A stretch of 64,000 nucleotides of DNA. Origin: a virus. The stretch is from the IMG/VR virus record IMGVR_UViG_3300028908_000008, positions 5,264 through 69,263 of that record. One strand, written 5' to 3'. The translations under genes and the position numbers were made by a program. The notes beneath the pieces are model-generated. The model worked only from the letters and a program-made list of their open reading frames with translations. It was not told the DNA's origin and did no database searches. Of the stretch, positions 19,273-28,267 are shown one piece after another (positions within the stretch are counted from its first letter, which is position 1; every line of letters begins with the position of its first letter).

Positions 19273-19627
19273 CCCTTTGATAATTATTTAGTACTGCTAA
19301 ACTATGAGTATGAGCATCTGCATTATCACCATAGATAGCCACATCCCTAACTACTTGCATACTATGCTGTTGAGTATCTAGTACTTTCACAAATGAAAAA
19401 TATAGCACTGTCATACTAAAAGCAATAATAACTCCAATCATGCTAAACCTTAGATTACTACTACTTTCACTAATCCCCTTAATTTCATCATTACTTCTAT
19501 AGTTACTAACATCTCTATTTTTTCTATCAATTTCTATAGCTCTAACGATAAGAGTTTCCACATCATTATCATCATATTTAGTTACCTTTTGATTATTATC
19601 TAGTTCTATAATGTTTCCCATTTTCAA
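19256..19627 (-). CDS. membrane protein
   Basis: One hydrophobic helix. Confidence 0.65.
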   Translation of the reverse strand: MKMGNIIELDNNQKVTKYDDNDVETLIVRAIEIDRKNRDVSNYRSNDEIKGISESSSNLRFSMIGVIIAFSMTVLYFSFVKVLDTQQHSMQVVRDVAIYGDNADAHTHSLAVLNNYQRDDNEW

Positions 19628-19632
19628 TCCTT

Positions 19633-20109
19633 TTAACTAGCTTTTGCTAGTAATTTACTTAGTCGATTATCTTCAATCACTTCTTCTTTTAGCATTTCAT
19701 CTTCAATGTCATGATCCTTATGTAAGAGATAATACCCCTGCATAATGCAAATACCCGTAATAGAACCTCTTTTGTACTTATCTGCAAGTTTTTCACTTTT
19801 AAAAAGAGAATCAGAATCTAATCTTAATGTGTATTGTTTCATCACACCTTTTTTTGCTCTTGATAGATATATAGGATTTATTACCAATCTCTCACCATTT
19901 AAAAGACTATTACAGCCCATAATAAACAACTCGTTGAGTAATGGATTAAATTGAACCTCTGAACCTTTGATACTGCTTTTTAATTCAGTAACCCATTTCT
20001 CCTCTAGCCTTGCACCTATACTAGTAAGCATCGGCTTATTAAAGTTCTTAAGTAGAATCTCTTTCATATTTTCACTAATAGTTGTTTGTAAAGCTTTTTT
20101 GTTTGTCAT
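19633..20109 (-). CDS. hypothetical protein, possibly two RHH-like motifs
   Basis: SIGARLEE and QYTLRLDS strand-like motifs; AAGGAG RBS. Confidence 0.55.
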   Translation of the reverse strand: MTNKKALQTTISENMKEILLKNFNKPMLTSIGARLEEKWVTELKSSIKGSEVQFNPLLNELFIMGCNSLLNGERLVINPIYLSRAKKGVMKQYTLRLDSDSLFKSEKLADKYKRGSITGICIMQGYYLLHKDHDIEDEMLKEEVIEDNRLSKLLAKAS

Positions 20110-20211
20110 AATTGACTCCTTATTTTTGATATGGAGTTATTATATATGAAGATAGATTAAATACACCTTAAAATAAGTTAGTTTTTGAATATACTTAATC
20201 TATATCTTGTG

Positions 20212-20547
20212 TTAGTTCCATTTTTGTAATAATGCGTTGTTCATATTCTCATTTAACTTCAAAGCTCTCTCATAGTTTTTATTTTGCAATCTGTAAAACT
20301 CTTCATTACATCTTAGTTGTTTAACTAAACGCTTTATTTCAATTACATCATCTTCACTTATCTTTCCATTTTCTAGATCAATCTTAAGTTGAGGTACGAT
20401 ATCAAGCGTTACGAGTTCTGGTTGTAAACACATTATCTTAAGATTTTCATTTCCCATTCTCTCACTACATGCACTAAAATTTATAGATAATATGCTCATT
20501 AGACTTATCATCACATTTAGTTTTATTACTCTTTTTAATCGCTTCAT
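20212..20547 (-). CDS. Lipoprotein, putative outer spanin (Rz1-like)
   Basis: ATG 20547 with AGGGGAG RBS; basic N-terminus, hydrophobic stretch, lipobox FSAC; overlaps the upstream TM gene. Confidence 0.65.
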   Translation of the reverse strand: MKRLKRVIKLNVMISLMSILSINFSACSERMGNENLKIMCLQPELVTLDIVPQLKIDLENGKISEDDVIEIKRLVKQLRCNEEFYRLQNKNYERALKLNENMNNALLQKWN

Positions 20548-20701
20548 GTTTATCTCCCCTATTAATATATTGAATAGTTTTATAACTTTTACATTTTTTT
20601 GAATCATCGTAAACCTTGTATGCTAATATGATGATAGTTAGAAATATAACTATCATCATTCCACCGTTTATAAATTTGTGAAAACTATCATTTTTCATCA
20701 A
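20474..20701 (-). CDS. Putative inner spanin (Rz-like)
   Basis: N-terminal TM helix; overlaps the lipoprotein gene in another frame. Confidence 0.55.
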   Translation of the reverse strand: MMKNDSFHKFINGGMMIVIFLTIIILAYKVYDDSKKCKSYKTIQYINRGDKHEAIKKSNKTKCDDKSNEHIIYKF

Positions 20702-20909
20702 GTGGCTCTTTTGTAACAGCTCTTATAACACTTGTAATAATTGTATTAGCTAACGCTAAGACTAAACTCGCCTTAGTGGCGTTCTCTTCTCCCACAATTT
20801 CCAAAACTAAATCTTTATTGTCAACCAAACCGTAAATCAAAGCAGAAAAGATAACACCCCAAATAATTGTTTTACTTTTGTAACCATTTTTAATAATTGC
20901 ATCTAACAT
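20688..20909 (-). CDS. Putative holin
   Basis: 73 aa, two TM helices, YKSKTIIW start and IRAVTKEPL end. Confidence 0.65.
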   Translation of the reverse strand: MLDAIIKNGYKSKTIIWGVIFSALIYGLVDNKDLVLEIVGEENATKASLVLALANTIITSVIRAVTKEPLDEK

Positions 20910-20911
20910 AG

Positions 20912-21622
20912 TTACACCTTTGATAAGATTATTTTAGATAAATCTTTAGCCTCTTTACTTCCAAGTCCGTACACTAATTTTAGAATTAGGATCACTATAT
21001 ATTTGTATTTGAACATCGGTATATACTCATTTAAAACTACAATCATAGCATCAACAATTTTTCGATTATCTTCCCCAATATCAAACGGTTCTTTAAAACT
21101 TCTCTCATTTCTTGCACCACTTTCAAAAGCTTCTGAAGGAATTTGAACACCACCAACAATTACATCTTTATTATCGCCTTCTTTAACCTCAACGCCACTA
21201 TTTTCAACTTTGTGACCATAGATAAGCTCATAATCGTTATTGTTAATACCCATCAATATAGATTCTTGTGATAAAACTCCTGCATACAAATCGAACAAAA
21301 TTACATCACCTTTTTTCCAATTTATTTTAAAAGCCCATTTATTAGCACTTTCAATCTCACAATTTATCTTTTTGTCTAAGTGTAATTGTAACAATCTTGC
21401 TTCTAATCTATCTTTTTCATCTTCATCTAAAATATCACCATCAAAAATTGTTGTAACATCTCTTCTTAGTTTAAGACCGATCAAAGATTCAGGCTCTATT
21501 GTTGTAAAAGTGTATGGCTCTTCTTTGTTTAATTCTTCTATCTCTTTTTCTACATCTTCATTAAATGCTTTTAAATCTGCATCATTTTCTAAATTATAAC
21601 TTCGTATCATTATTATCTCCAT
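20912..21622 (-). CDS. hypothetical protein
   Basis: 236-aa acidic ORF. Confidence 0.7.
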   Translation of the reverse strand: MEIIMIRSYNLENDADLKAFNEDVEKEIEELNKEEPYTFTTIEPESLIGLKLRRDVTTIFDGDILDEDEKDRLEARLLQLHLDKKINCEIESANKWAFKINWKKGDVILFDLYAGVLSQESILMGINNNDYELIYGHKVENSGVEVKEGDNKDVIVGGVQIPSEAFESGARNERSFKEPFDIGEDNRKIVDAMIVVLNEYIPMFKYKYIVILILKLVYGLGSKEAKDLSKIILSKV

Positions 21623-21639
21623 GCGTTAATCTAAATTTT

Positions 21640-21661
21640 AATATAGCAAATTTGCTAAAAT
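21640..21661. promoter_or_regulatory. Back-to-back extended -10 promoters sharing the palindrome TAGCAAATTTGCTA
   Basis: TGCTAAAAT on plus and TGCTATATT on minus between divergent genes. Confidence 0.6.
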
Positions 21662-21677
21662 CAACAAAAAAAGAAGG

Positions 21678-23204
21678 TTGATTATGAAAATATCAATAGA
21701 TAAAACTACTTCTGTGATGGTTGAAGGTCATACAGCAGTAGAAGATGTTACTAATACAATGAGTTTTAGTTTTTTTGATGATGCTAATAGAAAATGGAAT
21801 GATGGAACTATTACTTTGCAAGATAAGCAATTTATGGAGAGTTGGTATATCTATGAACTTACAGAACTTGTAAAAGACTCTTTTAATAGAAATAATGAGT
21901 ACAAATTATATAATGTTGGAGATTTAGCGACTGCTTATCACAATAATAATATAGCAGTTTATAGAAAAAAGAGTATGACTGATAAGTTTGATAAAGAACA
22001 ACTATTGCCATGGTTTAGGGTAGAAGAATTTCCAAGCATCCAATCTGTTGAAACCGCAGGAGGTGGCTTACAGATTATAGAAAAAAGTATTGTAGACACT
22101 ACTATAGAGGGTATTCAAAAAGCTCGAGTTAATTATAAAAATTACGATAAAGATGGACACTTCATCGGAGGAAACAGAGAAGAGGCAATTATCATGCCTT
22201 ACAACACAAACGATTTAAGTGAAGTAAAGAAATTAACTCCCGATAGTGATGACGGTACTTTAAAAACTATAACTGTAACAGAAATTGAAGGACGATATTA
22301 TCAACTTCTAAAGAACTATTTATACCCTTTTAATGTTTTAACTGTTGATAATCCAACAGATGACGCTACTAAAAAGCAACAAGCTCAATTTAATTCAGCA
22401 TGGGAGTTGGCAGTAGATAGTAAAGGTGAGCCTTTAAGACCATACTTCAAAGTCAAAGCAGGTAATAACGCTTCAATATCTGATAAAGATTTACTAACTT
22501 ACACAACTGGAAACGAGTTGTATATCGCCGCTTATGGTACTTGCTTCAACAAAGTAGCACTACTAAAAACTAAATTTAGTGAAGTGTGTATTGAAGCAAG
22601 AGACCAACATGGTAATATAATTCCCGTTAAAGATAAAGCTTGTAGAACACTAGCTGATGAGCAAAAAACAGCTTATGCTCAATTAGTATGTCCAGAATGT
22701 GATAAACTCCCAAATTCTCCCGATTGTGCAGAAAATGATGATCGTTACGATATTATTTTTGAATTAGAGAATTACAACGCTACTAATGTTTTGATTCATT
22801 TTAAAGATGACGCGTCGATTGGTGGTGTATTTTTAGGTCAAACTTATGATATAAATTGCCTTCTTTGGGGTGTAGAAATTAGACCTATTACAACAACAAG
22901 AATTGAAAAAGATGAAAGGACGGGAGCAATATCAAGAGTTGAAGGGATAAGTAAGAGACTAATTAATTTTCCTCTTCATTTCCCTACAGGCTTAACAGAT
23001 TTACATGCTAGATTCTTTGCAGATCATATATCTGATTTAGTGCTAATTGAAGGAACGCCGATTGACGGAAATAATCCCGATCAAGAGAATTACTTTAACT
23101 CTTTAAATCTGTTTTGTTATATTGTTGATGCTCCGATGATTTTAAGTAACAAATCAAGGAGTAGTTTGAATTTGAAGGTTGAAGAGGTTTTGAAGTGGGA
23201 TTAA
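21678..23204 (+). CDS. Putative tail / distal tail structural protein
   Basis: 508 aa, beta-rich; C-terminal IGGVFLGQ...WGVEI...VEEV resembles siphovirus tail-tip proteins (weak recognition). Confidence 0.5.
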   Translation: MIMKISIDKTTSVMVEGHTAVEDVTNTMSFSFFDDANRKWNDGTITLQDKQFMESWYIYELTELVKDSFNRNNEYKLYNVGDLATAYHNNNIAVYRKKSMTDKFDKEQLLPWFRVEEFPSIQSVETAGGGLQIIEKSIVDTTIEGIQKARVNYKNYDKDGHFIGGNREEAIIMPYNTNDLSEVKKLTPDSDDGTLKTITVTEIEGRYYQLLKNYLYPFNVLTVDNPTDDATKKQQAQFNSAWELAVDSKGEPLRPYFKVKAGNNASISDKDLLTYTTGNELYIAAYGTCFNKVALLKTKFSEVCIEARDQHGNIIPVKDKACRTLADEQKTAYAQLVCPECDKLPNSPDCAENDDRYDIIFELENYNATNVLIHFKDDASIGGVFLGQTYDINCLLWGVEIRPITTTRIEKDERTGAISRVEGISKRLINFPLHFPTGLTDLHARFFADHISDLVLIEGTPIDGNNPDQENYFNSLNLFCYIVDAPMILSNKSRSSLNLKVEEVLKWD

Positions 23205-23261
23205 GTTTCCCACTTCAGTAAGTGAATAGTGTTTCACTCTGTTTACCAACAGAGTCAGATT

Positions 23262-23453
23262 TTAGTTAGACTCTTCACTTTCATAGATTTTTTCTACATT
23301 TTCAATAAACAGATTTAGCATAGCCGATCTGTTTTTGTTATGTTTTCTACAAAAGTCATCAAATCTTTCAAGATCATCTTTCCCACATCTTAAGCTAATC
23401 GCTACTGTAGCTTTATCTTTAGTTGTTATCATTAATTCTTTTAAAGCACTCAT
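23262..23453 (-). CDS. RHH/CopG-like DNA-binding protein
   Basis: ISLRC..DLERFDDFC....NRSAML. Confidence 0.75.
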   Translation of the reverse strand: MSALKELMITTKDKATVAISLRCGKDDLERFDDFCRKHNKNRSAMLNLFIENVEKIYESEESN

Positions 23454-23506
23454 TATTTCAACCTTTCTATTTTTATTTTTAATTTATTAAAAGTATTCTT
23501 TTAAAC

Positions 23507-23725
23507 CTAATCTTCATAAACCCAAGTTAATTTATCAGTCCTGCCCATGATGGTAAAATAGTCATTAGTAGCATCATTTGTGTGCAGATCACCCATCATT
23601 ATAAAATCTTCAGCGTCAAGACTATTTTTGAATCCTAAGATTTTAAAATTTCCTTCTTCTTTATCTTCTATATGTACTTCATTATTCACAATAGTTGCTA
23701 TTACATCATCTTCAAATTGATACAT
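23507..23725 (-). CDS. hypothetical protein
   Basis: 72 aa, coupled to the Rha stop. Confidence 0.7.
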   Translation of the reverse strand: MYQFEDDVIATIVNNEVHIEDKEEGNFKILGFKNSLDAEDFIMMGDLHTNDATNDYFTIMGRTDKLTWVYED

Positions 23726-24351
23726 TATTTTAATCCTTCTATTTTTGATTTTATTTGACTTCTTAAGAAAATTATGCTTTCATCGTCACCAAACAAACCC
23801 TCTTTTATATCTAGTTCTAATCTATCCCACACTTTTATAGTTTTCTTAAGCACCTTCTCTACATTACGCTTTTCCTTACTGCGAGGTGTTCTGCAATACT
23901 CTTTTACTCTTTCAGTTTTTGGATACCCATTTGTTTTAGAGTCCTCCAAATAACCTGCTACTTCTTCGATTGGTGTTAACAATTTTTTAAGATTGGTAGT
24001 TTGTGTTCTTAAAAGTTCTTCCATTTTGTTAAAAGCGTCTATGTATGCCCATTGCCAATCGTCTGCTTTTTTGCCAGTGAAGCCAAAGACTATTTTACTG
24101 AATACATCTTTATCAAGTTGATAGGCTTTTCTCATTTCACCTTTTTTATCACTATATTTAACCAACGCAATTTTTCGTTGGTTCATTAACTTCTCAAATC
24201 TACCAATATTCTCAATTGCTCTAATCACATCAGCATGTCTTTTTCCAAAAACTTTAGCAATGCCCACACTACTAACACTAAACTTACTATCACTTATCAT
24301 GTTGAACTCAACTTCAACATCATTGATCGCTACTACTTCTGCTTTACTCAT
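23725..24351 (-). CDS. rha: Rha-family phage regulatory protein
   Basis: VSSVGIAKVFGKRHADVIRAIE and GFTGKKA..W..AYIDAFNKME. Confidence 0.9.
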   Translation of the reverse strand: MSKAEVVAINDVEVEFNMISDSKFSVSSVGIAKVFGKRHADVIRAIENIGRFEKLMNQRKIALVKYSDKKGEMRKAYQLDKDVFSKIVFGFTGKKADDWQWAYIDAFNKMEELLRTQTTNLKKLLTPIEEVAGYLEDSKTNGYPKTERVKEYCRTPRSKEKRNVEKVLKKTIKVWDRLELDIKEGLFGDDESIIFLRSQIKSKIEGLK

Positions 24352-24357
24352 TTCGTA

Positions 24358-24435
24358 AATCCTTATTTTTAATTTCAACCTTCTTTTGGTTGTTGAAAAG
24401 AGTATATATAATAATACCTTAAAACAATATTAATT
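24358..24435 (-). promoter_or_regulatory. Promoter / stem-loop / RBS leader, copy 4
   Basis: Minus strand: TATACT-CTTTTCAACAACCAAAAGAAGGTTGAAA...AAGGA. Confidence 0.85.
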
Positions 24436-24465
24436 TGTATACAAAAATGAAATATAATGATATAC

Positions 24466-25473
24466 CTACAATCTAGGCATATCAACATTGTCAAAATTCG
24501 GTATATCATCGTTAACATACTCCATCTCTCTGATAACCTCCACGCCAAATAATTCCGACTTTTCAATCTTTGCAAGAAACAAACGATTGTCAAATATTCT
24601 ATTTTTTGTGCATTTAATAAATCTAATATTTTCATCAAACATAACCGCCCCCAACTCATCAACTTTGGGTTTATCATTAGCATCAAGTAGTTTTGCTTTT
24701 AAAATAAACAAAATCATGTCTGAATCATATTCGGTATCATTCCCTCCCTTTAAATACAACTCGTTATTTTTTTCATTCTCCTTACTCATCTGATTTATCA
24801 TATAGATATTAATATCCAACACGCTTGTTAGTTCTTTTAGTACATTACTAATCTTTGAATCTTTTTCAAAAGAACTAGCATTACTAACATTAATTTTCAT
24901 GTTCGAGTCTATTACGAAATGTTTCACTCCACTTGCGTTTAGATATTTAATCTCGTTTGCAATCTCGGATAACTCTCTACTAGAAGTGTAATAGAGTACA
25001 TTGTTCTCATTTGCATTAAAAGCATCAATTTTATCAATCACTTGCATATCACTCATCTCGAAATTCATCCAGCTTACTTTTTGATTTAATGAGAAGTTAC
25101 TTAACATTTTTAGAAGTATTGTTGTCTTTCCTGCTCCTTTTGCTCCTGCTATTTGAATCAAGTTACCAAGAGGAAAGCCTCCAATATCTCCCCTCTTGTG
25201 AGCGTCTTTTCCTACAAGTTCCCTATCGAGCGATTTAATCCCCGTTTCAATAGGTACAGGTCTTTTCATTTGATTTACTCTCTCTCTAACAACAGAAAGA
25301 GGGATAGATTTGAATCTATTTATATTCTCATTCACAGAATCAATAATCTGAAGTCTTAATTGTAAAAATTCTTTTTCAATCTTACTTCCAACTTCATAAT
25401 TCTCATTTGCGTATTCTCTTTTAAATTGTACTTCTAACTTTTTTGCTTCTTTTACTTTTTCACTAAATGTCAT
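24466..25473 (-). CDS. DnaB-like (RecA-fold) helicase, C-terminal ATPase domain
   Basis: IETGIKSLD, Walker A GAKGAGKTT, NFEMS, FVID, INQ, EYDSD, KNR. Confidence 0.85.
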   Translation of the reverse strand: MTFSEKVKEAKKLEVQFKREYANENYEVGSKIEKEFLQLRLQIIDSVNENINRFKSIPLSVVRERVNQMKRPVPIETGIKSLDRELVGKDAHKRGDIGGFPLGNLIQIAGAKGAGKTTILLKMLSNFSLNQKVSWMNFEMSDMQVIDKIDAFNANENNVLYYTSSRELSEIANEIKYLNASGVKHFVIDSNMKINVSNASSFEKDSKISNVLKELTSVLDINIYMINQMSKENEKNNELYLKGGNDTEYDSDMILFILKAKLLDANDKPKVDELGAVMFDENIRFIKCTKNRIFDNRLFLAKIEKSELFGVEVIREMEYVNDDIPNFDNVDMPRL

Positions 25474-25553
25474 TTCTTAATCCTTATTTTAATTCTTTTG
25501 TGTCAAAAATGCACTCTAATTGATTTTAGGTGCATTTACTTGATTGAACTCTT

Positions 25554-25874
25554 TTAGCAGTTAAAACCGCTTGTGAGCAACTTTCGTCTCTTTTCTAATT
25601 TCAAATAATCGTAATAAATTTTCATCACTTTTGGAGTGAGTGGATTTTGAACTATAATATTCAAATAAACACTTTCTAAAACATGACCTTCTAAACTCTC
25701 TTCTAGTTTCAAATTTAAAAGAGACATTGGCAAGTCTTTTGCTATGAACTCATTTATTTTAATTACAAAGCTTTTAAACTCTCTCTCAAAATAATACTCA
25801 TCTAATAAATCTAACTCTCCAGTTTCGTCAAACAGATAAGCACTTATAATCGCTCTTTGAATGTTTCTTAGCAT
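25554..25874 (-). CDS. Putative DnaB N-terminal-like protein
   Basis: IQRAIISAYLF...LDEYYF pattern; lies between the initiator and the helicase. Confidence 0.5.
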   Translation of the reverse strand: MLRNIQRAIISAYLFDETGELDLLDEYYFEREFKSFVIKINEFIAKDLPMSLLNLKLEESLEGHVLESVYLNIIVQNPLTPKVMKIYYDYLKLEKRRKLLTSGFNC

Positions 25875-26629
25875 TATGAGCAACTTAATACATATTTGTT
25901 TTCAACTTTTGGAACAGCGGGGGATATATTCTTAGAATGAAACTTATTAAAATCTTTCATGTAATTTATAAATGATTTTGCATAATCACCTTTTTCTAAT
26001 TGATGAGTAATATATGATTCTTTTAAAAGCTGTTTATTGGTGATAGTATTAAATACTTCTTCCCCTATAAGCTTTACTTTAGATGGTATGTTAACTAAGC
26101 TACTTAGTTCGTTAATGAATTTAATAAACTCATCACTATTCTTTTTTTGTTCATCTCTTTTTTGCTGTTTATTATTTGTGTTTATATTTGTGTTTATATT
26201 TGAACCTATTAATGATGGTTGTTTTTCTGACGATTGATAGTTATTAATATCACCCTTGATAGTTATTTTTCTAACTATCGACAATTTAGACATCTCACTA
26301 TCCGTAAAAAGGTATTTTGCTATAAAATCATCTTCAATAGTATACCACTTTGTTTTATTCCATTTTGTTTTATTTAAGTCTGTTCTACTAGATAAAATAT
26401 TATCATTTTCTAGTTCTCTAACTACTCTTTTTATTGTATTTAATTTCATATAGGGAAACAACTCTAAAAGTGCATCATAAGAATTATATGTATACACTTT
26501 ACCATCATGAATATTTGAATTGTTAGCCAGATTCTTTGTAATCCAATATGCAAAATTATCTAAAATAATAGCTTTTTCAATAGATTGTAAGTGTGTAGCA
26601 ATTTCTACACTAAACGAGTGCTTCTTCAT
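25874..26629 (-). CDS. Phage replication initiator-like protein (winged HTH)
   Basis: FSVEIA...AIIL..YW...NIHDGKVYTYNS..L.ELFPY...TKWYTI; N/T-rich linker with a 12-bp repeat. Confidence 0.75.
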   Translation of the reverse strand: MKKHSFSVEIATHLQSIEKAIILDNFAYWITKNLANNSNIHDGKVYTYNSYDALLELFPYMKLNTIKRVVRELENDNILSSRTDLNKTKWNKTKWYTIEDDFIAKYLFTDSEMSKLSIVRKITIKGDINNYQSSEKQPSLIGSNINTNINTNNKQQKRDEQKKNSDEFIKFINELSSLVNIPSKVKLIGEEVFNTITNKQLLKESYITHQLEKGDYAKSFINYMKDFNKFHSKNISPAVPKVENKYVLSCS

Positions 26630-26975
26630 TTTCTTAATCCTTGTTTTAAATTAGAAGTGAAGTATATCTATATATATCTTAATCCCCTCTTAACTATATA
26701 TCTATAATTATGAAAAACTTCTTTGAAAATAAAATGTAAAATTTAATTAATTAAGTAAAGTATAAAAGAACTCTTAAATTACTATATTAATATAATGTAT
26801 CTTAAGTATACTTTGATATACTTAATTTTACCTCAACTTTAAGTTAGAATTAATTAAGTTAAGTGTAGAATACTCTCAGTTATTTAGTTTAGCATTGTTA
26901 AAAAAATCCTTCTAAGTTTCGTGTTAATGCTTTGTGAAAATGAGCATTAACTAGAAATTTAAATTAAAAGGATAT

Positions 26976-27161
26976 TTGATGAAAGTTTACTTCAAAGATA
27001 TAGAAATCAATCAAGAAGACTGGGAACAACAAAAAACATTATGTAAAAATAAAAGAGATGAACACTCTCTTAATATGTTTGGTTTAGGGTTGTTGATTTT
27101 TCTTGTAGGAATGTTTACTTTAGGGTTGTACTTCCCTACCCTCACACAAGGGGGTCTGTAA
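26976..27161 (+). CDS. small membrane protein
   Basis: C-terminal TM helix; AAGGA RBS. Confidence 0.7.
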   Translation: MMKVYFKDIEINQEDWEQQKTLCKNKRDEHSLNMFGLGLLIFLVGMFTLGLYFPTLTQGGL

Positions 27162-27421
27162 TGAATGGAATATACCCACCCTGTGAAAATTGTAAATCAA
27201 CTTCTTACACTCTATTAAGTAAGTCTAATGGAGTGGAGATTGTTGAGTGTGACAACTGCTCACAAGAATATAAGGCATACGATACCACTCCCCTACTTCA
27301 CATAGAAGAGGTGGAAGAAAAAGAGAGTAGTAATACTTATAGTGTAACTACTTCTATAACATTTATAGTCATAGCGTTTTTAGCAATTATCATTGCTGAT
27401 TTAATCAAATTAACAAATTAA
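27161..27421 (+). CDS. Zinc-ribbon protein with a C-terminal membrane anchor
   Basis: CENC...CDNC and a C-terminal TM helix. Confidence 0.7.
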   Translation: MNGIYPPCENCKSTSYTLLSKSNGVEIVECDNCSQEYKAYDTTPLLHIEEVEEKESSNTYSVTTSITFIVIAFLAIIIADLIKLTN

Positions 27422-27431
27422 GGATATAAAG

Positions 27432-28115
27432 ATGAAAAATACAATAGTAAAAAGTTTAGTAGCAGGTAGTTTAGTAGTAGGTAGTAGTTTATACGGTTTT
27501 ACACCCACAAAGATTGATTATATCTTATATGACTACTCTAAAAAAATAGAGTGGTGCAAAAGCCACCCTAATCAATATAGTACGCCAGTTAGTCAAAGAG
27601 TGGCAAAGCTAGTAAAGGAAAGAGATCGTAAAATCAAAGCTATAACAGATGCTCAAAGAGCTAAGAAGGTAAGAGTTGAAAAGGCTAGGACAGAAGCAAT
27701 AGAGCTTATTAAACTAAAGAAGCAAGTCAAAGAATTAACTAAGAAGTTAGCGAAAAATGATGAAATGACTTTATTTGAAACTAATGATAATAATAATACT
27801 GGATTAGCAAAGATTGCAAAAATTTGCAATGTAAGTGAAGAGCCTAAGCGAAAAATAGTACATAGAGGTTCTGAATTAATGTGTGTAATGAGTAAGAATA
27901 ATTTTATAAGATGGGAGTATAACAAGATAGCTACACTTGAAACAGAAAAGGAACAATTAAAATCTAAATTAGCTAAGTGTAAAAAAGGTTCTAATACTAC
28001 TAGAAGTAATAAGGATAGCGATTTTAGTAATTTCAAAACAACACTTAATAAAAGATTTCTCGACAAAGATTCTAATATTATAGAAGATAGTAATACTACA
28101 CAAGGGGGCTTATAA
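27432..28115 (+). CDS. Secreted coiled-coil protein
   Basis: Signal-peptide-like N-terminus; heptad-rich. Confidence 0.75.
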   Translation: MKNTIVKSLVAGSLVVGSSLYGFTPTKIDYILYDYSKKIEWCKSHPNQYSTPVSQRVAKLVKERDRKIKAITDAQRAKKVRVEKARTEAIELIKLKKQVKELTKKLAKNDEMTLFETNDNNNTGLAKIAKICNVSEEPKRKIVHRGSELMCVMSKNNFIRWEYNKIATLETEKEQLKSKLAKCKKGSNTTRSNKDSDFSNFKTTLNKRFLDKDSNIIEDSNTTQGGL

Positions 28116-28267
28116 TGAGTCCTCTATCTCTTGCATGGTGTGTGTTCGGAATTATTGCAAATGCTCTAATGTTTTACGGAAATTGGAAGACAATCACTAG
28201 CATAAAAACTAAGCCAAAATCTAAGCGTAAGTTAAAACCAAAATTACACAAAAAGACTAAGCTATGA
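28115..28267 (+). CDS. 50-aa membrane peptide (not in the ORF track)
   Basis: MSPLSLAWCVFGIIANALMFYG plus basic tail; TAATG and ATGA overlaps with both neighbours. Confidence 0.65.
   Translation: MSPLSLAWCVFGIIANALMFYGNWKTITSIKTKPKSKRKLKPKLHKKTKL

Noticed and set aside
24375-24686. 103-aa minus-strand ORF bridging the helicase and rha
   Set aside because: Overlaps the helicase in another frame and runs through the conserved promoter cassette
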